Origin: Thermodesulfobacteriota bacterium
Lineage (GTDB): Bacteria; Desulfobacterota; Desulfobacteria; Desulfobacterales; C00003060
Direction of reading: 5' to 3'
Length of the DNA: 22,864 bases
Assembly (NCBI GenBank): GCA_034189385.1
Contig: JAXHVD010000037.1
Span: 1-22,864, forward strand
In this document: in pieces, positions 18,519 through 22,864 of the stretch
Layout: each line of letters starts with the position of its first letter
How positions within the stretch are numbered: position 1 is the first letter of the stretch
Program-made: the position numbers and the translations under genes
The notes under the pieces: model-generated
Told to the model about the DNA's origin: nothing
The model's input: only the letters and a program-made list of their open reading frames with translations
The model's database searches: none

Positions 18519-19826
18519 ATGGACCCCACTACCCTCACGACCTTTATGATCTACAACCCCTGGGTGGAACACCCTGAGGTGTGGCACCAGGCAGTGGCTG
18601 GCCACCTGCCCGAGGCCTTTGGGTTTTCTTACGTCAAGAGGGCTGCTGATCATCTCCCCTCGTGGCCCCAACCGAGAAAGATTAATCTTGTCGTGGGTCC
18701 CCGGCAATCCGGCAAATCAACCCTGATCTGGCACACCCTGTCCGGCCTAGGGCCAAAAGTGGCCTACATCAATGCCAATGAGTTGGCTCTAAGAGACTGG
18801 TGCACGTCACCCGCCATGCTTTGGTCGGACCTCCTGGAGATCATGGAGCAACCCGAGGCCCTATTCTTTGAAGAGGTGCAGTATATTGACAATGCAGGGG
18901 TGTTCCTAAAGGGCCTGGCTGACTTGCACCTGGACATCCCCATCTTTGCCACTGGCAGCTCATCCTTTCATCTCCATGACAAGATGAGGGAATCCCTTGC
19001 CGGCAGGGCCGAACGGATGCTGCTCTTTCCCTTTTCCCTCAAAGAGTGGTCGGCAGAACCGGGGGACGTGCCTGCGGCCATCGGGAAACACGCAGCTCAG
19101 AAGAAATTGGAGGGCATGCTCGTTTATGGGTCCTATCCCGAGGTCTGCTTCTCTGATAAGCCCGAGTTTGTCCTCAACAGACTGGTGGAGGCCTTTGTCA
19201 TTCGGGATGCCTCAGACACCTTTCGGATACGATATCCCGCCAAATTGAGGAAGTTGCTGACGTTGATGGCCTCTCAGATAGGAAACCTCGCAAACTTCTC
19301 TCATTTAGCCTCGGGCTGCGGCCTGGATGTAAAGACTGCAGAGAACTACGCAAACATCCTGGAGGAAAGTCACATCATCAGGCTTCTTCCTCCATTTGTG
19401 GGCGGAAGACGGGCCGAGATCACAAGCGCCCCGAAGGTGTTCTTCGTGGATAACGGTATCCGGAACCTCATGGTCCACCAGTTTAATCCCCTGGACGTTC
19501 GAGCCGACAGGGGCCCCCTTTTTGAAAACTGGCTTTTCACCGAGCTGCTCAAGCATTCACAGTACAGTGACACTCTTTACTACTGGAGAAGCAAAGCGGG
19601 AGCAGAAGTCGATTTTGTCCGTCAGCGGGGAACTATGCTCCAGGCCTTTGAGGCAAAGAGCGGATCCTTGAAAAAGCCGGGGCTTTCAAGGTCGGCCAGA
19701 AGCTTTATTGAAGCCTACAGCCCTGAGCATTTCTACGTAGTGAATCCAACCCTCTCTGCCCAAGACGCCCTGGGCAAAACCAAAATAGCCTGGATAACCC
19801 CTTTGGACCTTATGGACATATTGTAA
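18519..19826 (+). CDS. ATP-binding protein, AAA_14 + DUF4143 type, with C-terminal PD-(D/E)XK-like motif
   Basis: GPRQSGKS, FFEEVQ, ATGSSS, ESLAGR, YGSYPE, PKVFFVDNG, GPLFEN and YYWRSKAGAEVDFV...AFEAKS motifs. Confidence 0.88.
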   Translation: MDPTTLTTFMIYNPWVEHPEVWHQAVAGHLPEAFGFSYVKRAADHLPSWPQPRKINLVVGPRQSGKSTLIWHTLSGLGPKVAYINANELALRDWCTSPAMLWSDLLEIMEQPEALFFEEVQYIDNAGVFLKGLADLHLDIPIFATGSSSFHLHDKMRESLAGRAERMLLFPFSLKEWSAEPGDVPAAIGKHAAQKKLEGMLVYGSYPEVCFSDKPEFVLNRLVEAFVIRDASDTFRIRYPAKLRKLLTLMASQIGNLANFSHLASGCGLDVKTAENYANILEESHIIRLLPPFVGGRRAEITSAPKVFFVDNGIRNLMVHQFNPLDVRADRGPLFENWLFTELLKHSQYSDTLYYWRSKAGAEVDFVRQRGTMLQAFEAKSGSLKKPGLSRSARSFIEAYSPEHFYVVNPTLSAQDALGKTKIAWITPLDLMDIL

Positions 19827-19866
19827 AGCGCTGGGCTCAGTGCCCTCCCTCTGCTCCATCTCCACA

Positions 19867-20010
19867 TCCTCCGTCCTCTGCCTGTTCTCGTCACTTGTCA
19901 ATACCCATTTGTCACTCGTCACTTATCACCCCTTTCTCCGCTTCCCCCATTCTCCCTTTTGTCTGTCCTCCGTCCTCTGTCGTCCGTCTGCTCCCTCCCC
20001 TCCCGTCACT
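19867..20010 (+). repeat. Third copy of the pyrimidine-rich mosaic repeat
   Basis: 19925-19974 matches 18268-18317 at 47/50 positions and is preceded by ttgtcactcgtcactt, as at ~18323. Confidence 0.85.
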
Positions 20011-20553
20011 CAAGCCGCAAGGAACTGATTCGGTCAAACGCGGGGGCCCTTTATATGATTATCAAACTATGGCAACTTATTGAGATGCTACGATATAGTG
20101 TGGAAAATGGCTCATAAAACGGCCTTAGAATGCGGTTTTTCATAGTGGAATTGGGCTTCGAAGATCAGGCGAAACGCGCTGCCAATCCAGTAGCTGTAGG
20201 GCTTGGGGCTGCGCGGAATCCCTTTTGTGCATACCGCACATCTCACCATAAGATACATGCTTTTTTGTCACAAAATACAGTCTTCACCTTATTGTCAGGA
20301 CGGATTGCCATACCTAGTCTATAAGCCGAATTTAATTTTGTAAGGAGGTGATGAAATTAGAAACACTTTCTCTGGTGTCAGCGGTTTTGTGATCGGCTGC
20401 AGGTGGCAGTCCTTAGAGAGGGCGCAGAGAGCACTGCACAGGCAAAAAGGGTTGCAGGGCTTTTTCTCACATGATGAATACCAGGAAGATCTTGGTGAGA
20501 CACCTCCCATGGCGCCCTGTGGAGGTAAATCAAATATCATGGAGGTAACAAAT

Positions 20554-20991
20554 ATGAAAAGATTCTTTGTGGTACTCCTTCTTGTTGGGTTGGCGGTGTT
20601 TTTGGCAGGGCCTGCCTCTTCCGAGATGGCGACTAAAGGACCGCAGGAAGAACTCGAGTTCAGTATGAACTGTGGGGGTCATAGTGCGGCTCGCGACTAC
20701 ATGAGACCTGAGGCTTGGGAGTCCTTGACGTCTGAGCAGCGCGACAAGTGGTCGGAGATGTGGGGTGCTTACCTGACGGACACGCTTGACCTAAGGCAGC
20801 AATTTGCTCAAAAACGGCTGGAGCTGCAAACAACATGGGCACAACCCAAGGTGGACAGCGCCAAGGTTGACAAGGTTTGCGACGAGATGGCGGATCTTTA
20901 TATCGAGCGTATGAAAAAACGTAAGGACTATTTGCTTAAGTGCCGCAAGGTATTCGGCGATCTCGGATGGACCTGTCCCAGCGGTGGATAG
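20554..20991 (+). CDS. Secreted helical protein, Spy/CpxP/ZraP (heavy-metal-binding)-like
   Basis: Signal peptide MKRFFVVLLLVGLAVFLAGPASS; LTSEQ motif; LRQQFAQKRLELQ...PKVDSAKV helical pattern. GGAGGT RBS precedes ATG 20554. Confidence 0.65.
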   Translation: MKRFFVVLLLVGLAVFLAGPASSEMATKGPQEELEFSMNCGGHSAARDYMRPEAWESLTSEQRDKWSEMWGAYLTDTLDLRQQFAQKRLELQTTWAQPKVDSAKVDKVCDEMADLYIERMKKRKDYLLKCRKVFGDLGWTCPSGG

Positions 20992-21141
20992 GACAGCTAC
21001 CATCATGGCTTAAGCCCCAAGGTGGGGGGAACCTGTGTTCCCCTCACTCAATCAGCTTCTCCGAAATCCAGCTTTTACCGTCAACGCCAACGGAGGGGTG
21101 CCATGAACTGAACCCGACTTTTCTTTTATGGAGAAAACGCC

Positions 21142-21642
21142 TTGCAGGTGAACGAACAACAACTCACACAACTCATGAACGAATCGGTCAAACTTGAATC
21201 GAATGTCGCGGATCTTTATATGATCTTCCATGAAGCGTTCCCTGAAGACTGCGCATTCTGGTACCAACTGCACATGGAAGAAAAAAATCATGCGTCTATC
21301 ATTCAAAGTGCCAGAGAGGCTTGGTTATCTGGAAAGGAATTCCCGCTTGAAATACTGTCGCCAAATCTGGATGAATTAATAGCACTAAACACCAAATTGG
21401 GCTCCCTTCTTGAGGAGTACCGAAAAAATCCCCCTTCAAGAGAAATGGCATTCAATGTGGCTTTGGATTTAGAAGAGTCGGCCGGGGAAGCCCACTTTCA
21501 GGATGCTATGGAGCAGACTCCATCGTCGGAGCTCATGGAGTTATTCCAGATGTTGACCGGGGAGGATAAGGAACATGCCGATAGGATTCGCACCTATATG
21601 AGGGATAACGGAATTGAAATCCGCAGCAAACTGGTAAAATGA
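21142..21642 (+). CDS. Ferritin-like (rubrerythrin-family) di-iron protein
   Basis: Paired E...ExxH motifs: LESNVADLY...EEKNH and LEESAGE...EDKEH. Start is uncertain (TTG 21142 or GTG 21148). Confidence 0.75.
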   Translation: MQVNEQQLTQLMNESVKLESNVADLYMIFHEAFPEDCAFWYQLHMEEKNHASIIQSAREAWLSGKEFPLEILSPNLDELIALNTKLGSLLEEYRKNPPSREMAFNVALDLEESAGEAHFQDAMEQTPSSELMELFQMLTGEDKEHADRIRTYMRDNGIEIRSKLVK

Positions 21643-22093
21643 ACCACTGATTCTCGCCTTGAAGAGAAAACAGCGGGATCATCACTCTCTGCCATCATGC
21701 CGCATTTTAGAACTCTAGAAAATCTTTTTGTATTCTTTTGATAGTTAAAAATGAAGCGGCCTTAAAGGCCACCTTATAATCACGGTGTCCTTTTGTTATG
21801 ATCAATCCTCCTTTTTGTCGTTAACGAACAGGTGAATCAAAGAAACGGGCTCTCTTCGCCTACCTCAAGCTTCACCCTTTGCACCAAAATCAATGTTGCC
21901 GGCCAAATACTTTTCATAGATCCTGCCCTACGAGCTGGAACGGGGCCATATCATATGGCCCCACCACCGGGGGTCAATTCTACAATCCGACAATGAACGC
22001 CATCCGGAAGAGCAAGGGCGTTTCTCGCCTCCCATGGCAGGTCCATTCCGAAACAGCCCTATGCAACTTCATTTCATTTCCATCTTTGAAAAT

Positions 22094-22128
22094 TAACGCT
22101 TGACGTTATTATCGTTAGGCGTTATTAT
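22094..22128 (+). promoter_or_regulatory. higBA promoter with palindromic operators
   Basis: TTGACG (22100-22105)-17 bp-TATTAT (22123-22128). TAACG-N5-CGTTA at 22094-22108 and a one-mismatch copy at 22110-22124. Confidence 0.7.
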
Positions 22129-22135
22129 CCTTCCC

Positions 22136-22680
22136 ATGATAAAATCCTTCCGGGACAAAGAGACGGAAAGAGTGTTCAATAGGCACTTCTCAAGCAAATT
22201 GCCACAAAGCATTCAGCGTATTGCACGAAAGAAGTTGGTCATCCTTGATGCTGCGCCAGGATTAAATGATTTGCGTATTCCGCCGGGCAACCAATTGGAG
22301 GCGTTAAAGCGCGACCGCAAGGGCCAGCACAGCATACGCATCAATGACCAATGGCGGATTTGTTTTAAGTGGCGTGCTGGCGATGCATATGATGTTGAAA
22401 TTACCCCAATGTTGCATAAGAAATATGGCAAAGAATCTTAAAAAACAGTAGTGGCCTGCGTATGCGTTTGTTAGGCACGACACCGAGGAATCAACTATTG
22501 GTGATGTTCTGGAACCAGGTAAAAAGCAGCCATATTTCTTACCCTGCAAGAAAGCCGAGTATACCTCATCTCTTGCGTTGCCAAGGATTCGGCGTACCTT
22601 AGTACAGCCTCACCCTTGGTCGCCTTGGACCTGGGGCATCCTCGACTTTTGCAACGTTGGGGATTGCAGATTACCATTAG
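22136..22680 (+). pseudogene. higB: HigB (RelE-superfamily) toxin interrupted near its 3' end; current ORF 22136-22441, native tail at 22663-22680
   Basis: MIKSF...LRIPPGNQLEALK...GQHSIRINDQWRICFKW...YDVEI. The expected ending I-A-D-Y-H-stop is found after a 259-bp insertion. Confidence 0.88.
22404..22662. mobile_element. Non-autonomous MITE-like insertion (259 bp)
   Basis: Terminal inverted repeats CCCCAATGTTGCATAA / TTTTGCAACGTTGGGG (14/16). Flanks ATTA / ATTG form an imperfect target duplication. No transposase ORF. Confidence 0.85.
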
Positions 22681-22689
22681 GAGAATTCC

Positions 22690-22864
22690 ATGAAAAACAA
22701 AAAGCTTCCCCCTATCCATCCAGGCGAAATCCTTATAGAGGAATTTTTGCAGCCTATGGCAATCAGTCAGTACCGCCTGGCAAAGGATATCAGTGTGCCT
22801 CCCAGGCGCATCAATGAAATTGTCCATGGCAAAAGATCCATTACAGCAGATACTGCCCTTCGAT
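22690..22864 (+). CDS. higA: HigA family antitoxin (partial, runs off the window)
   Basis: Manual translation [66 protein letters not shown]. Confidence 0.93.
   Translation, partial: MKNKKLPPIHPGEILIEEFLQPMAISQYRLAKDISVPPRRINEIVHGKRSITADTALR

Noticed and set aside
20020..20520. Short ORFs or an IS remnant in the spacer before the secreted protein
   Set aside because: No convincing motifs, terminal repeats or sigma54 spacing could be established by eye.
21956..21968. GGCCCCACCACC as an att duplicate of the tRNA-fMet 3' end
   Set aside because: Only 10/12 identity over a short GC-rich stretch, with no integrase or arm sites.

Overview
Bacterial chromosomal window, probably Desulfobacterota/deltaproteobacterial (inferred from gene order, selC and repeat types). 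(1) Positions 1-4020 are an AT-richer accessory island attached to the 3' end of a minus-strand tRNA-Sec (selC). It carries a controller-type HTH/PD-(D/E)XK nuclease fusion that is probably truncated and has tandem C-box-like operators, a Zn-finger + MCM-like AAA+ protein, and att-arm/IHF/origin-like non-coding motifs. No integrase lies in the window. (2) Positions 4287-18203 are core genes: M20 peptidase, larC, pgpA, CinA-C/pncC, thpR, recA, alaS, purM, alaC-type aminotransferase, hom, apgM-like and initiator tRNA-Met. Several spacers contain short-period tandem repeats or nested palindromic elements. (3) After tRNA-fMet is an accessory stretch: an AAA_14/DUF4143-type ATPase bracketed by near-identical pyrimidine-rich direct repeats, a secreted Spy/ZraP-like protein, a ferritin-like protein, and a higBA locus whose toxin is split by a 259-bp MITE that displaces its C-terminal DYH. 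All calls are from motif recognition by eye; no database searches were run.
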